A DNA stretch of 64,000 bases from IMG/VR virus record IMGVR_UViG_3300047673_000554, positions 1 through 64,000 of that record. One strand, written 5' to 3'. The position numbers and the translations under genes are program-made. Below the pieces are notes generated by a model that saw only the letters and a program-made list of their open reading frames with translations, was not told the DNA's origin and searched no databases. Of this stretch, positions 39,843 to 48,086 are shown piece by piece; within the stretch, counting starts at the first letter, position 1, and each line of letters begins with the position of its first letter. Source of the stretch: a virus.

Positions 39843-40060
39843 ATCGCTCGCTTCCAATGTTACGCCTGACACCACAGGCGGCCGGCGCCTTGCAACAGCA
39901 ATGCACCAAAGCCACCACCGAGTTGCGGGAACTGACGCGCTTTCGCAAAGAGTTCGACCGGCAACTGGTCGCACTGATCGGCAACGACGCCCTGCGCAAA
40001 CTGAACAAAGATACCAAGAACGCTCTGCTACTGGCGGACTTGGTCAAGGAGGCAGCATGA
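39839..40060 (+). CDS. Hypothetical phage protein
   Basis: ATGA coupling on both sides. Confidence 0.65.
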   Translation: MNRSLPMLRLTPQAAGALQQQCTKATTELRELTRFRKEFDRQLVALIGNDALRKLNKDTKNALLLADLVKEAA

Positions 40061-40812
40061 GCCAAATTTCTCACCATCATCGCAACACGGCTCACGCTTC
40101 ATCAGCACTTGATGGACCAACTCGCTATCGAACACCGGAGCAAAGCGGCATCAAAATGGACCAGCACACCACCCAAACATCGACCGCTTTGCTCTGCAAC
40201 GCGAATGGGGTCGACACACCAGAAACAAACAGCCTCTGCTGCGCAGCAGCAGGCATTATTGCCCCTCTCAGCGCCACTGCCGAGGCACTTATACCCCACG
40301 AAAAGCTGCGCGAGGCAGCCGCACCTGATGCAACGCTAATCGCTCAAAATCGGCTGCCCGCGCAGCTTGTCGAGGGGTATAAGCTACTTTTACATACTCA
40401 TGACGCTTCGAAGCAGGCTGCCGTCAAGGCCGCCAAAATTGATGAGCGCGCAGAGTTCGAGAAAGAGTTTCCAGCTCCTGAGGGGCTTCAGTATTGCAAA
40501 CAACGTGGGACGTACATTACGTCGCCTGGTGTGAGCGTATCTGCCACATTTTCGCGCGAGCATTACGCGTACAGAGCAGGCTATTCAGCGTGGATGCGTC
40601 GAGCTTGGAAGCACGGCGCTTTGGTCAACCAGCAACCTCCGGACCGAGAATGCAGTAATAATCCGTTGCCTATAGGCATTGATAGCGCGCCCGCCGAGAA
40701 GGCTCCCCTGCCGAATAAGACCGCCGAACCTCCTATGTTCAGCGACGTTTCAACATGGGCACAGCCAGCAGCTATCGCCTCAAGTGAATCTCCGCGGGAA
40801 AGAGAGCAATGA
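40057..40812 (+). CDS. Hypothetical phage protein (start 40057 or 40156)
   Basis: In operon; mosaic, low-complexity sequence. Confidence 0.55.
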   Translation: MSQISHHHRNTAHASSALDGPTRYRTPEQSGIKMDQHTTQTSTALLCNANGVDTPETNSLCCAAAGIIAPLSATAEALIPHEKLREAAAPDATLIAQNRLPAQLVEGYKLLLHTHDASKQAAVKAAKIDERAEFEKEFPAPEGLQYCKQRGTYITSPGVSVSATFSREHYAYRAGYSAWMRRAWKHGALVNQQPPDRECSNNPLPIGIDSAPAEKAPLPNKTAEPPMFSDVSTWAQPAAIASSESPREREQ

Positions 40813-41078
40813 ACACCTTGTTTTTATTGATGGCTCAATACAACGGTCAAGCCGTAATTCCCCTCGATCGTGTATGCGCTGACTATATGCACCTGACGGT
40901 CGAGAAGTTCAAACGCAAACGGTTGGACGGAGAGATTGATGTTCCGATAGTGCGCTTGGGGGCTGACAGCCAAAAGGCAGCACTTGGTATCCACCTAAAA
41001 GATCTGGCCGATTATATAGACCGCCAGCGGGAAAAAGCAGCCAAGGAGCAGAACCAACTGATGGGGAGAGCTGCTTAA
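40809..41078 (+). CDS. PrtN-family protein, possible excisionase
   Basis: MNTLFLLMAQY...SQKAALGIHLKDLADYID; last early gene, facing int. Confidence 0.7.
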   Translation: MNTLFLLMAQYNGQAVIPLDRVCADYMHLTVEKFKRKRLDGEIDVPIVRLGADSQKAALGIHLKDLADYIDRQREKAAKEQNQLMGRAA

Positions 41079-41145
41079 CTCCAAACATGGGCGAGCCTAA
41101 ACATTGACCTCGCCCTTTTTTCCATCATTAATAACCTGCATAACT

Positions 41146-41640
41146 CTACTCACCATACATAGAAATTTCCGCTCGCAAATTGTTTGCGGTAACGAATCCC
41201 ACCAACTGAACAAGCACCACAACAAGAACACTCAACAAACAAGCACCCCGAATAGACAAGGCACCCCACACCCAATATTGCGAAAACCCCAATTTCTGTG
41301 CAAAAGCCATTTCCCCAACAGCACCAACAACAAATGCAACCACAATCAAGACAACAACCAAAACAACATTAACAATAACTTCTCGCTTCAAATCAGTCAA
41401 AGCGCTAACAACCAACACGTACGCCTGCGGCTTTTGCAACCTTAACTTCCTTGGGACATCCTTCAAGATTCCTTCAACGTAGTTAAAAAACGCGAACGAT
41501 AGAGCCCCGAACAATGCACCCAAGGCGAATAAAACAGTATTAACATTACTAAACATTGGGCTAGCCTCCCCTGCCGACCCCCATAATGACAGGAAGGAAA
41601 GACCGAACGATGTTAAAAACACAAATACCAGGCGAAGCAT
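41146..41640 (-). CDS. ~4-TM membrane protein (cargo)
   Basis: Hydrophobic segments; starts 1 nt after the partner stop. Confidence 0.75.
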   Translation of the reverse strand: MLRLVFVFLTSFGLSFLSLWGSAGEASPMFSNVNTVLFALGALFGALSFAFFNYVEGILKDVPRKLRLQKPQAYVLVVSALTDLKREVIVNVVLVVVLIVVAFVVGAVGEMAFAQKLGFSQYWVWGALSIRGACLLSVLVVVLVQLVGFVTANNLRAEISMYGE

Positions 41641-41641
41641 A

Positions 41642-42586
41642 CTAACGCCTCAATGAATTACCTATAGCAGAATAAACTTCAGCCACCATGCGGGCATCGT
41701 TATCAGAACGACCCGGAGCAGGCTGTCCAGTTTCAAGTTCCAGCTGCCCCTCGTGCATCACTACCTCATCCGATGGAACATCCAGATCAAGAGTAACTAT
41801 AGCAGAGATGCTTTTATGTGTTTTTTTGCCACCATGATCACCTTCAGTAGTAACACTCCACTTACCTTCTCCCTCCTCAATATAATCCACGTAATCTTCA
41901 ATGGGCGCCTTCGGGATTCTGAGGTCGCCATATTCGTTACTCAGTGTAATCTTAACCTCATCTTGATCAAAAAGCTCTTTCATGGCCTTAAGTGCATCAC
42001 GTGCTTTGACATTCGTTTCTAAAATATTTGGAGAGATGAGCTCCAACTCAACTTTATACACTTTCTTATGAGTTTTAATAACATTCCAAAACTCACCTTT
42101 AATGGTTTTCGGCTCAATGAAAATCGAGTAATTATACTCATTCAAGACAGCGTCTTTTAATCCCGCATGAATAGCATTTGCAATTTGTTCTTCAGTACCA
42201 AAGCGCCAATCATGCTGTACAAAAACATACTGCTCCACGATATCCACTATTGTAATTACTGGAACCCAATCATCAGCATCATGAGGGACAATATCACCTG
42301 GTATCTTATCGCCAACTTTTGTTATTTTGTGTTTAGCCGTCTTCCCGACCAGAAATCTTCCCTTCGGGAATTCATCAGCTATAGGGTCAACGTACGAAAA
42401 GCCTACAAAACTATAACGAACCTTATTTTTAACAAACTCACTGCCATCGTCCTGAAGGGCAGAAACGACCACCGCTCCTTTGGGGCTCGGTAAGGGCTTT
42501 GGAACAAGGGCGCCCTGCTTGTTTTCGATCAACGAGTATCGCAGCACTAAAAACGGTTTGATTCCTTTCACAACAAAATCCTTCAA
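41642..42586 (-). CDS. Soluble cargo protein (DUF4747/RexA/KwaB-like?)
   Basis: 314 aa, AT-rich, TTG start, VELELISPN motif. Confidence 0.55.
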   Translation of the reverse strand: MKDFVVKGIKPFLVLRYSLIENKQGALVPKPLPSPKGAVVVSALQDDGSEFVKNKVRYSFVGFSYVDPIADEFPKGRFLVGKTAKHKITKVGDKIPGDIVPHDADDWVPVITIVDIVEQYVFVQHDWRFGTEEQIANAIHAGLKDAVLNEYNYSIFIEPKTIKGEFWNVIKTHKKVYKVELELISPNILETNVKARDALKAMKELFDQDEVKITLSNEYGDLRIPKAPIEDYVDYIEEGEGKWSVTTEGDHGGKKTHKSISAIVTLDLDVPSDEVVMHEGQLELETGQPAPGRSDNDARMVAEVYSAIGNSLRR

Positions 42587-42691
42587 CGTAAATTAGGAGT
42601 TCAGCAGTGCTCGGCAACGTACCCTTTTTAGAGAGCGATCTCAATGTGCAATCACGCGACTCTTAAGTATGCGACCGCTTCGCTACGCCGG

Positions 42692-43780
42692 CTAAACCAG
42701 CTTGCTTAACCACTCCCACTTTTTATAAGCGTCCCCTCTCCCTCGAAGGTGGGTATACCGCCTCAACGAGTTCCAGTCCCTGTGCCCTGAAACACTCGAC
42801 ACTCTCGGGATATCCCAGTCCATCTCAAACAACCGACTCACCCCTTCGTGTCGCAGATCATGGAAATGCAGGTCTTCGATGCCTAGCATCGGGCAGGCCC
42901 GGGTGAAGGACGCCGACACCGACCTGGCGTTGTAGGGAAAGATCTCCACTTCCGTTTTGGGCATGGACTGCAGGATCGCCCAGGCTTCATCCGGCAGATG
43001 ACACCACACGTTGTTGCCGATCTTCTGCCCGGGGTTTTTCATGTCCCGCACCAGGACGGCCTGACGGATCTCATCCAGGTCCTCCCAGCGAATCCGCGTA
43101 ATCTCTTCCTGCCGGCGAGTTGAGAAGAGCGCGAAAGCAATCAGCTTTGGCATATCGATTTGGCTTTTTCGACGCTCCTGCATTTCGAAAAAATGCTTCA
43201 TCAGCTTGTCCAGCTCATCAAGGGTTGGCCGACGGTTACGCTCCTTGCTCTTGCTCACCATGCCCAACTTGCGCAACACCCTGCGTGCGTCGGACATGGC
43301 CAGCGGGTTCACCTCATAACCCCAGGCTGGCCTCGCCACGGACAGCACCGCCCCTAGGTGCGACAAATCGTTGCCGACTGTCTGCGCCTGGACGCCACCA
43401 CCCTCCTTGCTCATTCGCCACTGCGCGAACTCCACCAGCTTCTGACTACTCAGCGCCGCGTCGTCGAGCTCGCCCAACCAGGTGTCCTTGATCGCGTTCA
43501 GCGTGGCGCTCTTGGTCTTGCCCAGCGGTCGGATCTTCTCGTACTCATCCAGGTACTGCTGGATCATCTTCTTGATCGTCACCCCTTTGCGGTTCGCGCG
43601 CTCGATGGCACCCGGTTCCGCCAGCTCTGTTTCCCGGCGCTTGATCCAAGCCTGGGCTACCTGCTTGCGGTCGAAGGTTTGGCTTTCCTGATAAACTGTC
43701 TTCCCGTCCCGATTGATCCGTATCTGCGCCGTGTAGGCCGTCGAGTTGTCCTTGCGCTTACGTGATGTGATCGTGCCCAT
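42692..43780 (-). CDS. int: Tyrosine integrase (dusA-associated type)
   Basis: STRRQEEI, HDLRHEG, SGHRDW...RYTH; next to the dusA 5-prime fragment. Confidence 0.93.
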   Translation of the reverse strand: MGTITSRKRKDNSTAYTAQIRINRDGKTVYQESQTFDRKQVAQAWIKRRETELAEPGAIERANRKGVTIKKMIQQYLDEYEKIRPLGKTKSATLNAIKDTWLGELDDAALSSQKLVEFAQWRMSKEGGGVQAQTVGNDLSHLGAVLSVARPAWGYEVNPLAMSDARRVLRKLGMVSKSKERNRRPTLDELDKLMKHFFEMQERRKSQIDMPKLIAFALFSTRRQEEITRIRWEDLDEIRQAVLVRDMKNPGQKIGNNVWCHLPDEAWAILQSMPKTEVEIFPYNARSVSASFTRACPMLGIEDLHFHDLRHEGVSRLFEMDWDIPRVSSVSGHRDWNSLRRYTHLRGRGDAYKKWEWLSKLV

Positions 43781-43882
43781 TTCCAGTTGCTACATTGCTG
43801 AAGTCGATTGCTACATTGTAGCAACCGACTTCGAAAAACAAGGAAAAATGGGTAAAAACCGCTGTATAAAAGACCAGTATCA

Positions 43883-43984
43883 ATGAATCTCGAAAAACCT
43901 GAAGCGCCCGTAAATACTAGCCACACCCGTTCCGAGCCATCCCGCCGCTTCAGCGTGGCCCCGATGATGGATTGGGCGCACTAA
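43883..43984 (+). pseudogene. dusA: Phage-supplied dusA 5-prime end containing the att core, not fused to a dusA body
   Basis: MNLEKPEAPVNTSHTRSEPSRRFSVAPMMDWAH*; RRFSVAPMMDW is the DusA N-terminal motif; TGCTACATT arm-like repeats upstream. Confidence 0.8.
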
Positions 43985-44413
43985 CGGTCCCCCCCCCCGC
44001 AAATAAAGGCCGTTAGGTCTGTTCTAAATCCCCGGTACCAATTTCGTACCAGCAACATTCGTCCTCCATCAAATCCGAGTAGCTCTCTCACCCGCTGTAG
44101 CAAATTTTAAGCAACCGTTTTCGGCTCCAATCATGGGCACTGTTGTGACTGCCCCCCCTTATCCGCTACAGTTTCCAGGTTGATTGTTGATTGTTTATTT
44201 TTGCATGTATGTACACGCACGCTCTGCGTTAATAAAAACAAAATATATCACTACACCCCCCTAACCTCGCTCATATTATCAATGCACATTACAACCCCTT
44301 TAAACTAAAAAATACGCCCCCATCGCCAAAGCAAAAAGAATTTGAAAATTAATTTAAAAAATGAGAAGGTGGCATTTTGCCCACAATGGATTGCATCCCT
44401 AAGGAAATATTAA

Positions 44414-46231
44414 ATGATTGTAACTTCAGCAATGGCTGCCGCAGCCATACGCAGCCTCACTCCGCTGATTGGTGCAGCCTACAAAGGTGCAAGCAAATCA
44501 TTGAAATCCAGTTTTTCAAACTGGTCCAATACGAATAGTAATGAAGAAATTGCGAATCATCTTTTACAGATCGGCGTTGTTAAAACAATCTGGTCATCAG
44601 GAAAAAGCAAGTTTATTAAAGACTTTTATTACCCATCAAAGATTGACGAAATCAACGATGGCGAGGGCATTGACCATGTCGATCAACTCCCTAAAGGAAA
44701 CATAGTTATTCAAGGCATAGTTGGCCAGGGCAAATCTATGTTCATGCGCCACCTAGCTTGTTCTGCCATTGGAGAAATTGGGAACTCTTATATACCGGTA
44801 TTCATTGAACTTCAAAAGATAAGTTCAAAAAAAGGCTTGAAACAGATCATATTTGAAAACTTGGAACTATTGGGAATCACAGTAACTGAAGAGAGTGTTA
44901 AATATCTAGCATCAAAAGGCTACTTAGTCTTTCTGTTAGATGGATTTGATGAAGTCGTAGATGCATGCATCAATGAAACTGTTGAAGCGCTTGATGAATT
45001 TCAGAGACGCTATCCAAAACTTAAAATCATTGTCTCATCACGCCCCGGTAGTGGCATCCAGCAGATGGTAGGCTTCGAAGTTCTAGATCTGACGCCTTTA
45101 ACGGAAGATGATTACGAACCTTTCTTAAAGTGCCTCCAGCTAGATACCGTAAAAAGAGAGGCGTTGATAGCCGCAACTGAATCTGCTCCAGATTCAGTTA
45201 AAGAAATTATAAGCACACCATTAATGCTCACGTTAGTTGTTTGGGTTTACGAATCCGAACAAGAAATTCCATCTACGCTAAGAGATTTCTTTGAAAAACT
45301 ATTCCATGTCGTTTTCACCAGACACGATAGTTTAAAGGTTGGCTTTACAAGACAACACTACAGCGGTCTTTCGGAAACAAAACTCCTACAACTTTTTGAG
45401 GCGTTCTGTTTTATGATCGTTCAAGAAAATTTCGGAAGAAGTTTAACACGACCAGAATTTAATACTGCATTCACCAATGCACTTGAGTATTCAGAAGCAA
45501 CAAATTGCGATGTGGACCATTTCAGAAAAGACATTGTAAAAGTCGCATGCCTGATGCTGGAAGATGGCCTTGACCTAACTACTTTTCTGCACAAAAGCAT
45601 TTTGGATTATTATGCCGCCGCATTTATATTACACAGCGAAGAAGAGTTATCCGAACTATTTTATTCGGACGCTTTTGAAGGATTTAGCCAATGGCAGCAT
45701 GTGTTATTCTTCTTAGCTGACGCTGACAAATACCGATATTCAAAACATTATTTACTCACCCATTTCCAACCGGGCATTGATGAAATCGATCAGTTACTTA
45801 AATCAAAGAGTGACGATATTTTATTACGACACATAAATAAGAAGCATACTGGCTTCACTTACTTAATTAGTGAAAAAGGGCAAATGCTTGGTTGGTCAGG
45901 CGCCAAATCGGCAGCAACGCAAATTGGTATCTATTTTGAAAGAGCATTAATTTACGGAGGCCAAAAAATATTCAATGGGAGTTTACCTGCCACCCAGCTA
46001 GCCCAAATAATAAAAGTTGCGGCTGTACAAGGGAAAAACAAACCTGCAGGTAGAAACTATTATCACATTGAAATCAGCGAGGTTATGCGCATTATTGGCA
46101 CTGATTCATACTGGCGCGAAATTGCTCTCATCGATCTTGAATTACACAAAAAAATGGACGAGGCACAACGCACAGTTGAACATCAAAACAAAAAGAAAAA
46201 AATCTTTGGTAAAAAACTGAAGCCCCGCTAA
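44414..46231 (+). CDS. NACHT NTPase (bacterial NLR-related protein)
   Basis: Walker A GIVGQGKS, Walker B LLDGFDE, SSRP, TPLML, FLHKS. Confidence 0.85.
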   Translation: MIVTSAMAAAAIRSLTPLIGAAYKGASKSLKSSFSNWSNTNSNEEIANHLLQIGVVKTIWSSGKSKFIKDFYYPSKIDEINDGEGIDHVDQLPKGNIVIQGIVGQGKSMFMRHLACSAIGEIGNSYIPVFIELQKISSKKGLKQIIFENLELLGITVTEESVKYLASKGYLVFLLDGFDEVVDACINETVEALDEFQRRYPKLKIIVSSRPGSGIQQMVGFEVLDLTPLTEDDYEPFLKCLQLDTVKREALIAATESAPDSVKEIISTPLMLTLVVWVYESEQEIPSTLRDFFEKLFHVVFTRHDSLKVGFTRQHYSGLSETKLLQLFEAFCFMIVQENFGRSLTRPEFNTAFTNALEYSEATNCDVDHFRKDIVKVACLMLEDGLDLTTFLHKSILDYYAAAFILHSEEELSELFYSDAFEGFSQWQHVLFFLADADKYRYSKHYLLTHFQPGIDEIDQLLKSKSDDILLRHINKKHTGFTYLISEKGQMLGWSGAKSAATQIGIYFERALIYGGQKIFNGSLPATQLAQIIKVAAVQGKNKPAGRNYYHIEISEVMRIIGTDSYWREIALIDLELHKKMDEAQRTVEHQNKKKKIFGKKLKPR

Positions 46232-46370
46232 AACGTCATGGCGTGATACTGGTGCAAAACATTTCCTTGCCCGACATCACTATCGGCAAGTGTTTCCCTT
46301 TTGCGTCGGAGGTGTCGCCGTAGGATTCGTTAATGACGGTTTTGGAGACTTTAATAACCCTCCCCGCTTC

Positions 46371-46426
46371 CTCGTTATCAGCTTCCCAAGCTGATAACGA
46401 GGGTTCGATTCCCTTCACCCGCTCCA
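46371..46426 (+). repeat. att site: 3-prime half of tRNA-Gly(CCC), not an intact tRNA
   Basis: TCAGCTTCCCAAGCTGA-TAAC-GAGGGTTCGATTCCCTT-CACCCGCT-CCA; no D arm; perfect 14-bp inverted repeat around CCC. Confidence 0.85.
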
Positions 46427-46577
46427 CTATTTTCAAGGCCTGCAGCCCTGTTCATCCATTACCGTAACCCACTGGGGGACGTATTGGGGGACGTTTGATG
46501 CAAGCACACGCAACGCGCTGTAACTCCTGATCCAACCCCCGTATAGGTGCCAATCCTAAAATCCGTGGGGGTTCGAA

Positions 46578-46862
46578 AAAATAGTAATATCAGTAATACC
46601 CCCTCCGTAAAACAGCCACAGCCCTTATCGATCAAGGCGTCCAGCGATTCATGGGGAAGGCGATATTTAAGCGATAGAAAGGCGATAGTATTACCTTTCT
46701 ATAAAGCTATATTTCCATTCTTTGAAACCCAATGAATCCGGGGGTTTGGCCGAAATATTACTTTTCATATCGCCTCGTATTACCTTGCTTTGTAATACCG
46801 AAAGCCTAGTAAAACCGGGGGCTCCAAACCCGCTACCTATAAGGTATCGCTGATATCGCTCT
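46578..46862. repeat. Iteron-like AT-rich region (GTAATA/TATTAC, GCGATA/TATCGC)
   Basis: More than 10 short motifs in converging orientations, no credible ORF. Confidence 0.45.
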
Positions 46863-46970
46863 TTTTGAAAATGCCCCCGCCCCCTAAGAATCACTCTCAA
46901 TAAAGCGATGTTTTCGGTTCTCGGTCTGTCGCTGCTATGCTTGAATTTCTTTCGAAAGGAGTCGGCAACC

Positions 46971-47201
46971 ATGGCAAGCGAGTATTCACTGGCGGATGTG
47001 CTGGAACGGATTTACCACAATCAGTTGGCCTTGGAAGCGGCAGTGATGGAGCTGACTCGGTGGGCAGAGCAGCAGAATGCAGTAGATGTGGGCGATAACG
47101 TGCGGGGAGCGCTCTACACTATTGGCGAAAACGCAGGTCATATCAAACAAGGCTTGGCTCGACTGAGCGGGTTCCCGCCAGATCTTCGTGAGGCCAATTA
47201 G
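46971..47201 (+). CDS. Small conserved hypothetical protein (copy 3)
   Basis: MASEYSLADVLERIYHNQLALEAA; AAGGAG RBS. Confidence 0.75.
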   Translation: MASEYSLADVLERIYHNQLALEAAVMELTRWAEQQNAVDVGDNVRGALYTIGENAGHIKQGLARLSGFPPDLREAN

Positions 47202-47246
47202 ACGATGGCTTAGCGTCTTATGAACAGTTCTCCCCGCTAGGCAATC

Positions 47247-47271
47247 GACAGTAATTGGCCAAAAGCAGTCA
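47247..47271. repeat. Dyad site C
   Basis: GACAGTAATTGGCCAAAAGCAGTCA. Confidence 0.6.
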
Positions 47272-47304
47272 TTCAATCCTCTACAAAAGCAGGGGCGATT
47301 CACC

Positions 47305-47955
47305 ATGCAGGATCACGTACTCAAGCGCATCGATGAACTGATTTCGCGGGGCAATGCCGCCGCCCGGTCACAATCATCCCAAGACTATTGGATGAAAGAC
47401 GTCGTGGAGGCACAGAGTTGGTTCTCGTCCGCGGCTAACGCGATACACCAGGTCGCCCCGCCTGGCAGTTTCTACATGGCAGAGCTGCAGAGGATCGTCG
47501 AGCATGAGCAACTCCAAAGCGGCTTCCCGATTTCCTCCGTCGAAAAACTCCTTGGTCTGCTTCAGTCGGTGCAGCTTGAAGCGCGAGCTGGGTTGCTGGT
47601 CAAACTCGAGGACCAAGTAGTCGCCTCAGCGTTCGATGACTTTCTTGATCACGCGACGCAGTATCACAAGGCCGGCAAGGTCAACGAAGCTGCTGTCCTG
47701 GCTTCTGCGGTGCTTGAAGACACTATCAAGCGCATAGCACGGAAGTCTGAGATTGCGGTTGGTGGTGTGTCTCTCGAACCTCTCATTGATGAACTGACCA
47801 AGCGCAGCGTCTTTACGCAGGTGAAGGCGAAGCGTTTGAAATCATACGCAGCGGTTCGCAACCACGCTCTTCACGCGGAGTGGGAGAAATTGGACATTAG
47901 AGACGTTGGTGCACAACTCTCTGGGCTTCGTGAACTTCTAGATGAGCATCTTTGA
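47305..47955 (+). CDS. DUF4145/HEPN-domain protein (gene cassette)
   Basis: AAVLASAVLED...AVRNHALHAEW (Rx4H). Confidence 0.75.
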   Translation: MQDHVLKRIDELISRGNAAARSQSSQDYWMKDVVEAQSWFSSAANAIHQVAPPGSFYMAELQRIVEHEQLQSGFPISSVEKLLGLLQSVQLEARAGLLVKLEDQVVASAFDDFLDHATQYHKAGKVNEAAVLASAVLEDTIKRIARKSEIAVGGVSLEPLIDELTKRSVFTQVKAKRLKSYAAVRNHALHAEWEKLDIRDVGAQLSGLRELLDEHL

Positions 47956-47962
47956 CGCTGAC

Positions 47963-48020
47963 GCCTAACCCGTCGTTCCAGCCGACCGCCTTCGGCGGCG
48001 GTTGAACTCCAACGTTATGC
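47963..48020 (+). other. Integron attC site (58 bp)
   Basis: GCCTAAC-N5-GTTCCAGC-hairpin-GTTGAAC-N6-GTTATGC; R and L boxes with an extrahelical base. Confidence 0.8.
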
Positions 48021-48086
48021 AAAAGGAGTTCGCCGCCCCCTGAAATTTCTGACTGAATCGGACTTAGTTTTTAGACAAGCCGGTAT

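Larger units (their letters stand above)
3926..43978. mobile_element. Prophage 1 (lambda-like head, P2-like contractile tail, dusA-type integrase)
   Basis: Near-complete structural, lysis, regulatory and integrase gene set; 14-bp direct repeat TGATGGATTGGGCG at both ends. Confidence 0.85.

Noticed and set aside
43883-43984. Functional dusA
   Set aside because: Stops after 33 codons; no catalytic body follows.
43989-43998. C10 homopolymer
   Set aside because: Non-coding, within the att arm, and error-prone in sequencing; no supportable function.
46378-46426. Intact tRNA-Gly gene
   Set aside because: The 5-prime acceptor strand and D arm are absent; treated as an att fragment.
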